NCBI GenBank assembly: GCA_003235365.1
Contig: QJWJ01000223.1
Location: 1,127-65,126, forward strand
DNA length: 64,000 bases
Reading direction: 5' to 3'
Origin: Deltaproteobacteria bacterium
GTDB lineage: Bacteria; Myxococcota_A; Polyangia; Polyangiales; Polyangiaceae
The stretch's first letter is position 1; each line of letters opens with the position of its first letter. The notes under the pieces are model-generated. The model worked only from the letters and a program-made list of their open reading frames with translations, did no database searches and was not told the DNA's origin. The translations under genes were made by a program, and so were the position numbers. Positions 1-8,173 of this stretch are shown here, piece by piece.

Positions 1-159
1 ATCTTGCGCCACGTCTTCCGCCTCCACGGGGTCGCGCAGCATGTGCAATGCGACTCGGTAGATGCGCTTTTGATGTCGCCGAACGAGAACGCCGAAGGCT
101 TTGGCATCCCCGACCCGCACCCGGTCCATCAGCTCGCGGTCGTCGGGTGGCGGTGACAT
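1..159 (-). CDS. ECF-type (group 4) RNA polymerase sigma-70 family factor; only the N-terminal 53 codons, the gene runs off the left edge
   Basis: Reverse-strand ATG at 157..159; absent from the ORF track because it is truncated. My translation is MSPPPDDRELMDRVRVGDAKAFGVLVRRHQKRIYRVALHMLRDPVEAEDVAQD, which looks like the start of sigma region 2 in ECF sigma factors. Confidence 0.75.
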   Translation of the reverse strand, partial: MSPPPDDRELMDRVRVGDAKAFGVLVRRHQKRIYRVALHMLRDPVEAEDVAQD

Positions 160-311
160 GGCCGTCTGTGCCGTGCAGTGCGTCCCCGAGCTTCGCTCCG
201 TACGGTGTTCTTCCAATGTATCCAGCACCAACCCCCTTCGACAGCCGTGAGGATTGATGCTTGGGGGGAGCGTTGCAAAGATCAGAAGTAGTTCAAACGG
301 ATGGCCGGCTG

Positions 312-2336
312 TTACTTGGTCTGCTGCTTCCGCAGCAGGTCGCCGAGCGTGCCGAAACCGCCTTCAGCCGCGAGTTTCTTACGATATTCGCGGTGCGCGT
401 TGCGTTCCTCGTTCTCTTCGAAGCGGCGGATCGACAACTTGGGCTCACCGCGTCGAGGATCGAGGTCCAGCACGGTCGCCGTGAGCTGCTGCCCCGCGGG
501 GAAGCGCTTGCGCAGATCCGCACCGCGTTCCGTACCGGTTTGCCCGGCGGGGATGAACCCGCGAGCTCCTCGCCCCGTCGCGCCGAGGACGCGCACGACC
601 ACGCCCGCCGGCTCGGCCTTGACTACCTCCACCTTGAGGTTGGCGTTTCTGCTGATCCGCTGGGGCTCTTCGCCTGCTTGATCACCCGTCAGTGCTGGGT
701 GAAGCGCAACCTTGTGATTCTTCAGGTCGAACTGGTGAACGACCACCTCCAACTCGTCGCCCGCCGTGAGCGTCGGTTCCTCGCCGCGTTTGACGTTGAG
801 ATCGGCGACGTGGATGAGGCCTTCGACCCCTTCGAGCTGGCAGAACGCGCCGAACTTCTCCACACGGGTGATCGTGGTTTTGAGCTTCGCGCCGGGGGGA
901 TACTTCTCTTTGGCTTCCTTCCAAGGATCGGCGACGAGTGCCTTACGGCTCAGCCAGATCTTGCCCCGCTCGTCGATCTTGGTGATCTGCACGTCGAACT
1001 TGTCGCCGGGCTTGAAGTTTTCGAGCAAGCGCGCGCGCGGGTCGTGAGTCGCCTCACTGGCGTGAACCAGGCCCTCGAGGTTTTCGGCGTCGGGCAGCGC
1101 GACGAACACGCCCCAGTCGACCACGGTGCGCACGACACCGGGCATCACCTGTCCCTCTTGGAGTAACCCGAGCGCTTTCTTCCGCCGTTCGTGGGCTTCG
1201 GCTTCGAGCATGGGTCGGCGTGTGACCACGACGTCACGACCGTTGTTCTCGTAGCGCGTGACCTTGAAGCCCATGCGCTGTCCGACCAACGATGCGAAGT
1301 TGGCGTTCTGCGGGTGCAGGTCCATGCCGCTGGCCGGGGCGAAGGCTCGCAACCCGTCGAGGGTGACGTCGACACCGCCCTTGATCACGCCAGTGATGAG
1401 CCCTTCGACCAAGGTGCCGTCCTTGGCGGCTTGTTCGACCTTTGGCCGCGCTTCTTCTTCACGCAGCGGCTTCCGGGTCAGCACCAGCAGGCCGCCGCGC
1501 GCGCCGTCTTGGTGAACTCGGGCGACGAAGCGATCGCCCTCGCTCGGCACGAGATCGTCGGCTTCCATCTCGCGACGATCGAAAATGCCCAGGGCTTTGC
1601 CGGACAAGTCGACCATGATCGCTTCGTCGAGTACGGCGGTAACCCGCCCAAACACCTCTTCACCAACGTGGAAAGGGATCCTGTCGGTCGTGGGCTTCTT
1701 GTCGTGACGCGGTGGGCGGCTGGATTGACCGCCGCTTGCCGCGGCCGCTTCGCCCTCGGCGCCTTCCGCCTTCTTCTTGCGACGTCGACGTCGACGCTTC
1801 TTCTTTGTGGTCCCGTCGGCGCTGCTCTCGGCATCGGCGCTGCCTTCGGCATCGGTGCCGCTCTCGGCATCGGCACTGCTTTCGGCATCGGCGCTGCTTT
1901 CGGCATCGGCACTGCCCTCGGCATCGGCACTGCCCTCGGCATCGGCACTGCCCTCGGCATCCGTGGTGCTCTCGGCATCCGTGGTGCTCTCGGCATCCGT
2001 GGTGCTCTCGGCATCCGCACTGCTCTCGGCATCAGCACTTCTCCCGCCGTGCGAGCCTGCTGACGCACTTTCGGCGCTCTCACCTGCGGTCTGTCCCGAT
2101 GCCTCGGAGGGTGCTGGCGCTGCTTCGCTTGGCTCACCTGGGGCTTCTGCTGCTACGGGGACCGCCGGAGCGTCGTTGCTCTGGGGCGCTGCCACCGGGG
2201 TTGCTTCCGCGCTGACGTCGGAGGCTGGCGATGGCTCGGCAGGGGTTGAAGCGACGGCGACGGGAGAGGCTTCGCCGCTTTGGGCGGAGTTCTCACCGTC
2301 GTTGGGGGAGGGGGATGGAGAGTTTTGCGAAGACAT
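312..2336 (-). CDS. S1 RNA-binding domain protein (ribosomal protein S1-like) with a long acidic repeat N-terminus and a poly-basic tract
   Basis: 674-aa ORF with ATG at 2336. It has five to six S1/OB-like repeats (e.g. GEEVFGRVTAVLDEAIMVDL, GTLVEGLITGVIKGGVDVTL, GQVMPGVVRTVVDWGVFVAL, GAKLKTTITRVEKFGAFCQL). The N-terminal ~200 aa are low complexity and end in KKKRRRRRRKKK. Confidence 0.85.
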   Translation of the reverse strand: MSSQNSPSPSPNDGENSAQSGEASPVAVASTPAEPSPASDVSAEATPVAAPQSNDAPAVPVAAEAPGEPSEAAPAPSEASGQTAGESAESASAGSHGGRSADAESSADAESTTDAESTTDAESTTDAEGSADAEGSADAEGSADAESSADAESSADAESGTDAEGSADAESSADGTTKKKRRRRRRKKKAEGAEGEAAAASGGQSSRPPRHDKKPTTDRIPFHVGEEVFGRVTAVLDEAIMVDLSGKALGIFDRREMEADDLVPSEGDRFVARVHQDGARGGLLVLTRKPLREEEARPKVEQAAKDGTLVEGLITGVIKGGVDVTLDGLRAFAPASGMDLHPQNANFASLVGQRMGFKVTRYENNGRDVVVTRRPMLEAEAHERRKKALGLLQEGQVMPGVVRTVVDWGVFVALPDAENLEGLVHASEATHDPRARLLENFKPGDKFDVQITKIDERGKIWLSRKALVADPWKEAKEKYPPGAKLKTTITRVEKFGAFCQLEGVEGLIHVADLNVKRGEEPTLTAGDELEVVVHQFDLKNHKVALHPALTGDQAGEEPQRISRNANLKVEVVKAEPAGVVVRVLGATGRGARGFIPAGQTGTERGADLRKRFPAGQQLTATVLDLDPRRGEPKLSIRRFEENEERNAHREYRKKLAAEGGFGTLGDLLRKQQTK
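1827..2042. repeat. 12 head-to-tail copies of an 18-bp unit (consensus ctcggcatcggcactgcc) inside the S1-like CDS
   Basis: I counted units at 1827, 1845, 1863 and so on up to 2025, with three identical copies at 1917-1952 and three at 1953-2006. The repeat is in frame on the minus strand and encodes hexapeptide repeats DAE[SG][ST][AT]. Confidence 0.9.
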
Positions 2337-2422
2337 GCGACCTCAAGGGGGGATTCGCGGGTCTCGGCCGAAAACGGCCGACCACCGGGTATCGGTGCGG
2401 GTGGGCGGGCTGTGTACCTCTG

Positions 2423-3337
2423 TTAGCGCGCAATTGGAAGATGCCGATTCGTTCCGCCGCTGCGGTCGATCGTCAAACCGGAGCTGCCCTCGGCCGCCGT
2501 CTCCGCCGCGCCAATCACCGCCTCGGCTAGATCCATGAAGGCCCGCGCCGTCGGCGATCCGGGGGAGGCCTGTACGATCGGTGTTCCCGCGTCCCCCCAC
2601 TGACGGATTTCTGCCTGGATCGGGATTTGACCCAGCAGAGGCGCCCCCGCCTGATCGGCGACCTTCTGGCCTCCACCCTCTCCGTAGATGAAGTGGCGCT
2701 CATCGCATTTGTTGCAGACGAAATAGCTCTGATTTTCCACCACGCCGAGCATGGGGATGCCCACTTTGCGCGCCATCGCGACAGACTTGTAGACGTCCGC
2801 GGTGGCCACGTCCTGGGGCGTCGTGACGACGACGCCGCCACTGGTCTTCAGATTCTGCGCCAACGTCAGCATCACGTCGCCGGTGCCGGGCGGCAGATCC
2901 AGAACCAGGAAGTCCAAGTCTCCCCAGTTGACGTCTTTGACGAACTGCATCAGCGCGGCGTGCAGCATCGGGCCGCGCCACACGACCGGGGCTTTGGGGT
3001 CGTCGAGCAGGAAACCGATGCTCATCAGCTTTACCCCGAAGCGCTCGAGCGGGGTGATGTGCTCGCCGTCGCTGGTGGGACGCCCGTTGATGCCGAGCAT
3101 CGTGGGAATGCTCGGGCCGTACATGTCCGCGTCGAGTAGCCCGACGCGATAGCCGTGACGCTTGAGCGCCAGCGCCAGGTTCGTGCACACCGTGCTCTTG
3201 CCGACTCCGCCCTTACCGCTCATCACCAGCAACACGTGGCGGACGTTGGGGATCGGATCGTCGTTGCCCCGCGGGCGACCCTTCAGTTCGGGGTTCGTCG
3301 CGGCGGCGGGCGGGGCAGGGGAATTGGGCGTCGACAT
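2423..3337 (-). CDS. apbC: Mrp/ApbC/NBP35-family Fe-S cluster carrier ATPase
   Basis: 304 aa. It has the deviant Walker A motif SGKGGVGKST and the C-terminal CxxC motif (YFVCNKCDERH) typical of Mrp/NBP35 proteins. Confidence 0.9.
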   Translation of the reverse strand: MSTPNSPAPPAAATNPELKGRPRGNDDPIPNVRHVLLVMSGKGGVGKSTVCTNLALALKRHGYRVGLLDADMYGPSIPTMLGINGRPTSDGEHITPLERFGVKLMSIGFLLDDPKAPVVWRGPMLHAALMQFVKDVNWGDLDFLVLDLPPGTGDVMLTLAQNLKTSGGVVVTTPQDVATADVYKSVAMARKVGIPMLGVVENQSYFVCNKCDERHFIYGEGGGQKVADQAGAPLLGQIPIQAEIRQWGDAGTPIVQASPGSPTARAFMDLAEAVIGAAETAAEGSSGLTIDRSGGTNRHLPIAR

Positions 3338-3489
3338 GGCCTGTAGCTCGGGCGAAGTAACTTCGCAGCTGTAGGCAGCGGACGCGGGAATGTCAACGTG
3401 ACGCTTGGCGCCGTTCCAGTCGAATTGCTCGGTGTTCCGCTACGAGGGCGATTCGCCCCAGCGAGGTTCGCCGCGGCGGCGCCGACGAA

Positions 3490-4689
3490 TTAAAACACGA
3501 CCTGAAGCCACACCAGCGCGGCGCCGATGCCGAGGCCGGCGCACACGGCGACCAAGTCCATGCGCCCTTGCGACGAGGGGGCACGCACGTCGACCGCCGC
3601 GCGTGCCGCCGAAACGGAGCCGGACGTTGCTGGCGCGGGCGCGGGCGGCAACGGAGCCGGTGCTCGACTGAAGCGCGGCGCCGGAGGTGATTTCGGAAAC
3701 ACGGGGGAAAGCAGCTGACCGCTGGGGATGGCGGAGACGAAGCGGTGTTTGGGGGCCTGGGCGCGGCTGCTCCCAGCCGGATCCGTTGGGACCGGAGTGT
3801 GCGCCGATCGCCGCGCGACCCACGCGCTGGCTTCCGCCGCGACCGGTGAGTCCGCGGGCAGGTGGGCCAGCAGTTGGCGCATGAACTGCCGACAACTCGA
3901 GAAGCGGTCCTCGGGACTGACGACGAGCGCCGCTTCTACTGCGCGGACCAGGGTTTCGGGAAGGTTCGGGTTGCGTTCGACGAGGGGCAGCCATTGCCCG
4001 CACATCACGGCCTTGAGCGCCTGAAGCTCGTCGGTTTCGTCGATGACCGGATGCCCGCAGAGCAGCTCGTACAGGATCGCGCCGACCGAATAGACGTCGG
4101 CGCGGCACGTTGCGGTGTGTCCCAACAGCAGCTCCGGGGCTTGGTACCGGGGCACCTCCTGGGCCCACCGCGCCGCGTGTGGAGCGAGCGGATCGTCGTA
4201 GACTGCCGCAGTGACTCCCACGTCGAGCAATTGCGCTCGCAGCACGCCGTTCGCGTCCTGCCACACCCAGACGTTCGAGGGTTTGAGGTTGCAATGCGTC
4301 AGGCCCTGCTCGTCGCACGCCAGCAAGCCGAGGCAGATCTGCACGCCGACTTCGCAGGCGACTTCCACGCTGAACGTGCGGCGACGGCATTCGACGTCCA
4401 AGGGACGCCCGGGCCGATTGGGAGTGACGTAGTAGGCGATTGCCGGTTCGACGTCGGGGTCGTCGTGCACCGACAAGACTTGTCCCACGTTGGGGTGTCG
4501 CACGTCGCGCAAGCGCTCTGCCGCTTCGATGAATCGCTGTCGCAACTCGGGACTTTCAGCGAGATCGTCGTGGAGCAGCTTGACCACCACGGCGTGGTCG
4601 AGCTCGCTCGTCGCGGCGTGGATGCGTCCCGTGGGACCACTTCCCAGCCGTTGTCCGAGCTCCAAGCCCTCTGCGTTCAACTGAACCAT
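3490..4689 (-). CDS. Hanks-type Ser/Thr kinase homologue, predicted pseudokinase, with a C-terminal transmembrane anchor
   Basis: Kinase subdomains present: GSGPTG, VVVKLL, YQAPE, DVYSVGAILYELLCG. The catalytic loop reads HCNLKPSN and the DFG position reads DVG. The protein ends in the hydrophobic helix VAVCAGLGIGAALVWLQVVF. I chose the ATG at 4689; an in-frame TTG lies at 4704. Confidence 0.8.
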   Translation of the reverse strand: MVQLNAEGLELGQRLGSGPTGRIHAATSELDHAVVVKLLHDDLAESPELRQRFIEAAERLRDVRHPNVGQVLSVHDDPDVEPAIAYYVTPNRPGRPLDVECRRRTFSVEVACEVGVQICLGLLACDEQGLTHCNLKPSNVWVWQDANGVLRAQLLDVGVTAAVYDDPLAPHAARWAQEVPRYQAPELLLGHTATCRADVYSVGAILYELLCGHPVIDETDELQALKAVMCGQWLPLVERNPNLPETLVRAVEAALVVSPEDRFSSCRQFMRQLLAHLPADSPVAAEASAWVARRSAHTPVPTDPAGSSRAQAPKHRFVSAIPSGQLLSPVFPKSPPAPRFSRAPAPLPPAPAPATSGSVSAARAAVDVRAPSSQGRMDLVAVCAGLGIGAALVWLQVVF

Positions 4690-4879
4690 CGCGGCCTGTA
4701 GCAACGACCGAAATGCTCAGGAACTTGAGATGGATGACGTTCTCACACCCCGGCAGCGCGTCAGAGCGGGGCGGGCCATACCAGTGAGGCACGCTCGGCC
4801 GCCCGGAGTCGGTTCAGTGCTTCGCCTGGAAGCCGGGTTCACTCGTTGCGGACTTGGTACTGCCGCCGTGCGAGCAGGG

Positions 4880-6328
4880 TCAACGCTGGGCCGGCCAGCA
4901 GCTGATGTTGCTGCCGTCGTCGCCGGACGCGGGGGCACCGGCGTAGCAGGCTTCCGGAGGGCCGTTGCTCGTGAGGGGCACACAGTTCATTTCCAAACCC
5001 GACGCGGTCGTGGGGCAACCCCCACCGACGCACGAATCAGTACCATCTGCGCAACTGCACGAGTCGCGCAGGTCCAGGCAAAAGCGCTCGCCGGTGAAAC
5101 TGCTCGCAGTGCAGAATCCGTAGGGGCAGTCGGCGTCGTCGGTGCATGGGTCGCAACTGGCGCCGGTGCCCCTGCAACTGCCCGAGCGGTGCCCGCAGGT
5201 GGCTTGGCCGAGCCGTGTGTCATGAACGGCACAGGTACTGGCCGCGCCCCAAGGACAGCTGTTGGCGAGGGGGTCACACAGCACGGTGCAGACCTTCGAG
5301 CCGCTTTCGTCCCTGGCGCAAACCTGATTCGGTTTGCCGCGGCAATCGGCGTCCGTTTCGCATTCGTTGCAGTATTCTCTGCGTCGGCACGATCGCAATT
5401 GCAGCCCTTGATCCACGCAGCGAAACGCGGCTCCGTTGCCGATGTCCTCGGCCGGGATGCAGTTGGGGTTGGTCGGATCGGCGGGGAGACCGCACGCTGT
5501 TTCACACGGGCGCAGGCTCGCGAACGTGTCCGCGTTGCAGAAGTACCCCGCCGGGCAGTCGACGTCGTCGTCGCAGCCGAACTTGACGCAGTACGCGTCG
5601 AGGTCTCCTTCACCCGCCGTCAGGCAGTGAAAATCCGCTTCGTCGTCGCAGTCGTCGTTGCCATCGACACACGACCAGCCGTACTGCCCGGGCCCGCGCT
5701 CGAAACCGTCGGCTTCGCAGAACGCAACGTCGTTGCCCTCGGCGTCGGTTGCTTCGCCAGTGCACGAACCGATGCTGCCGCAGTGATCGTGGAGCAGACA
5801 GGTCACGACACAGCGCCCGTCGATGCAGCGCTGGGAGTTCTGCGCCGAACATTCATCACTGCTGGTGCAGTCGGTGCGCGCTGGCGGCTGGGGTCCGCCG
5901 TCGGTCTGGGGTCGTTCGAAGATGCAGAACTTGCCCCGACCCCCATAGTCGGCGTTGACGGAGCGACATTCGCCGTCGTTGGGACACTCTGCGTCGCGTT
6001 CACACTCGGGACTGCACTGATTCTCCACGCAGCGCTCGCCCTGTTCACATTCGGAATCGACACACAGCGTTTCGCACTTTCCGTTGCGCTCGATCTCGGT
6101 TCCGTTGCAGTCCGAGCGGCTGCAGGCCAGCGCGGTCAGACTGAGCGCTACCACGACGAGCGCGTCGAACAGCGCTCGCGCGGTGTCTCCGAGGGCGGGA
6201 GCCAGACGCGTGTTCGAGCGCCTCAGTCCTGCTGAACCTCGTCCGCTTCGAGCTGGCCCGCCTCCCTTGACGCCAAGCGGTCGTAATCCGTCGTGTCGTG
6301 CGGCCAAGTCGTGGGGTGCGTCGGTCAT
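4880..6328 (-). CDS. Cysteine-rich secreted lipoprotein (about 52 Cys in about 415 mature residues)
   Basis: This is the C-terminal 483 codons of the 912-aa ORF 4880..7618. The ATG at 6328 is the last canonical start before the signal/lipobox-like segment ALFDALVVVALSLTALAC. The motif C-x-[DST]-[DS]-x-[DE]-C recurs six times. The upstream part of the long ORF is antisense to a convincing thioredoxin-fold gene, so I discarded it. Confidence 0.75.
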   Translation of the reverse strand: MTDAPHDLAARHDGLRPLGVKGGGPARSGRGSAGLRRSNTRLAPALGDTARALFDALVVVALSLTALACSRSDCNGTEIERNGKCETLCVDSECEQGERCVENQCSPECERDAECPNDGECRSVNADYGGRGKFCIFERPQTDGGPQPPARTDCTSSDECSAQNSQRCIDGRCVVTCLLHDHCGSIGSCTGEATDAEGNDVAFCEADGFERGPGQYGWSCVDGNDDCDDEADFHCLTAGEGDLDAYCVKFGCDDDVDCPAGYFCNADTFASLRPCETACGLPADPTNPNCIPAEDIGNGAAFRCVDQGLQLRSCRRREYCNECETDADCRGKPNQVCARDESGSKVCTVLCDPLANSCPWGAASTCAVHDTRLGQATCGHRSGSCRGTGASCDPCTDDADCPYGFCTASSFTGERFCLDLRDSCSCADGTDSCVGGGCPTTASGLEMNCVPLTSNGPPEACYAGAPASGDDGSNISCWPAQR

Positions 6329-6625
6329 GCTCGTGTATTGGGCTGTAGTCGCTGCTGCCCGTGCTGTCGAGCGGCGCGCGGCGTCGCGATCCGTTGCGGA
6401 GTCGCGGCGGATGCGGCCCGCGCAGGCAGCTGCACTGGACTTTTCCCCGTGAGTGTCGTCGCTCTCCGCACGGCGTCGAGCGCCGCCCGACCGTCGGTTT
6501 GGGCGTTCCGTGTTGTCGCCGAGCTCCGTGCGCCGCCGGACTCGGGGCGGCGCGATCATCGGGGAGGCTTGGCGCTTGCCGCCGCTCGAGCGTCGCAGTA
6601 CCCTGTGGCGCTGAAGAGGCTGACC

Positions 6626-7384
6626 ATGACCCGAATATCGAGCGTGTTGGCAAGTCTGCTGGTCCTTGGAGCCATGGCCTGCGGATCCGAGGCAGGGCTG
6701 CCCGATGACACCGTGTCCGAAGCCGATGACGTCAAGGGCAACGGCGCCGCAGGCCCCGACTCCACCGAGCCGTCCGGTGCCGAAGGCTCGGTCGATTTGA
6801 CGGATCTCGACGAGCTCGATCGGGCCAATCTCGCACCGGGCTACCAGCACGTGGAGTACCCGACTGCTCCCTACGGGGTAACGGCAGGTGCAGTCGCCTC
6901 GGACATGGAGTTCCTCGGTTGGTGGTCGCCCGCCGACGACGGGTACGACATTTCGAAGGCTCAGCCCGTGCGCATTTCGGACTTCTACGATCCGACGGGG
7001 AGTAAGGGGACCGAGCTGTTGTTGATCAGTGCGGTGGCCGTCTGGTGTGGTGTTTGTCGCACCGAGTTCGCCGAGATCGAGTCGAAGGCCGTCCACTCGA
7101 CGCTCGGCGCGCGGGGGTTGCAGATTCTCGGCATCTTGTTCGAGGACAACGATGCGGAACCAGCGCGCTACGTCGACTTGGTCAACTGGGCCAAAGCCTA
7201 CGGCGTTCAGTTCCCCATGGTGATGGATCCGGGGTTCAAGTCGGGCATCTACTTCGATCGTTCTGCGACGCCGATGAACATGCTGATCGACGCGCGTACC
7301 ATGCAGATCCTGCTCGTGATGACCGGCTACAACTCGGAAATCTACGACTACATCGATCGCGTGCTCACTCAGCGGGGGCGTTGA
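6626..7384 (+). CDS. TlpA/ResA-like thioredoxin-fold thiol:disulfide oxidoreductase, lipoprotein
   Basis: Internal ATG at 6626 of ORF 6293..7384. It has a signal peptide and lipobox-like MTRISSVLASLLVLGAMAC, the CxxC active site AVWCGVCRTEF and a redoxin-like length. Confidence 0.8.
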   Translation: MTRISSVLASLLVLGAMACGSEAGLPDDTVSEADDVKGNGAAGPDSTEPSGAEGSVDLTDLDELDRANLAPGYQHVEYPTAPYGVTAGAVASDMEFLGWWSPADDGYDISKAQPVRISDFYDPTGSKGTELLLISAVAVWCGVCRTEFAEIESKAVHSTLGARGLQILGILFEDNDAEPARYVDLVNWAKAYGVQFPMVMDPGFKSGIYFDRSATPMNMLIDARTMQILLVMTGYNSEIYDYIDRVLTQRGR

Positions 7385-7475
7385 TGCGCTCGGCAGTGTT
7401 GGCCTGGGTGAACTCGGGCCCGGACCTGTCCGGTAGTTGGCTTTGGCTGGTGTGCCGTTGGGCGAGGTGCCCAGC

Positions 7476-8111
7476 ATGAGGTGCGCGAGCTTCCGCTCCG
7501 CCGTCGTCCACTTGTTTGGCGTCCACTCGGCTGGTGTTGCGACGGTTGCGTTGGTCTCAGGTTGTGGTGCCCCAGCGGTGTCGCAAACGCCGGCGGAGAC
7601 CTCGGGCAACACCGACAACGCCGTCGTCGAGTCGGAGCAACCGAGCGGACCGGTGGCCGACGCCCCGGCGGCCGAGCCGCGCGGACCAGTCGCGCCTGAC
7701 TTCGAACTCGAGGCGATTGACGGTCAGAGCATCCGTTTGAGCGATCACCGCGGCCGCGTGGTGCTGATCGACTTTTGGGCGACGTACTGCGACCCGTGTC
7801 TGGCGGCGATGCCGCATCTCAACGACATCTATCGCGACAAACGCGACGACGGATTGGTGATTCTCGGCGTGTCCATCGACGGTCCCGAGTCGCTGGCAGA
7901 GGTCAGGACGACCGCCTCCAAACTGGGCGTCGAGTTTCCGATCCTGCTCGATGACGAGTCGAGCGTCGTTGCTCGCTACAATCCACGCCTCAGCGCGCCG
8001 TACAGCGTGTTAGTGGGGCGCGACGGGACGATTCGGGCGCGGCGAGAGGGCTACACGACGGGCAGCGCCGAGGGGCTCGTCGATGACATTCGCGCGGCCC
8101 TGGCGGAGTAG
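7476..8111 (+). CDS. TlpA-family thioredoxin-fold thiol:disulfide oxidoreductase, lipoprotein
   Basis: ATG at 7476 gives MRCASFRSAVVHLFGVHSAGVATVALVSGC (lipobox VSGC). CxxC site is FWATYCDPCLAAMPHL, followed by typical TlpA/redoxin downstream sequence (VILGVSIDG, FPILLD). Confidence 0.85.
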   Translation: MRCASFRSAVVHLFGVHSAGVATVALVSGCGAPAVSQTPAETSGNTDNAVVESEQPSGPVADAPAAEPRGPVAPDFELEAIDGQSIRLSDHRGRVVLIDFWATYCDPCLAAMPHLNDIYRDKRDDGLVILGVSIDGPESLAEVRTTASKLGVEFPILLDDESSVVARYNPRLSAPYSVLVGRDGTIRARREGYTTGSAEGLVDDIRAALAE

Positions 8112-8173
8112 CTGCGCTTCGGCTCTCGTCAGCTCGAGCAGCGCCGACTCATCACTGCCGGCTCAAGCCCCGT

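Noticed and set aside
1827-2042. Possible CRISPR-like or minisatellite array
   Set aside because: The units are contiguous 18-mers with no spacers. They are in frame within a long ORF and no cas genes are present, so this is a coding tandem repeat, not a CRISPR array.
4730-6235. 501-aa forward ORF
   Set aside because: It is antisense to the Cys-rich lipoprotein gene. The reverse frame has an ordered Cys pattern and a signal peptide, and this frame has neither.
6329-7618. N-terminal 430 codons of the 912-aa reverse ORF 4880..7618
   Set aside because: This part is Arg/His/Gly-rich and low-information. It runs antisense to two convincing thioredoxin-fold genes (6626..7384 and the start of 7476..8111). 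The recognisable signal peptide and lipobox begin only after the ATG at 6328, so I truncated the gene.
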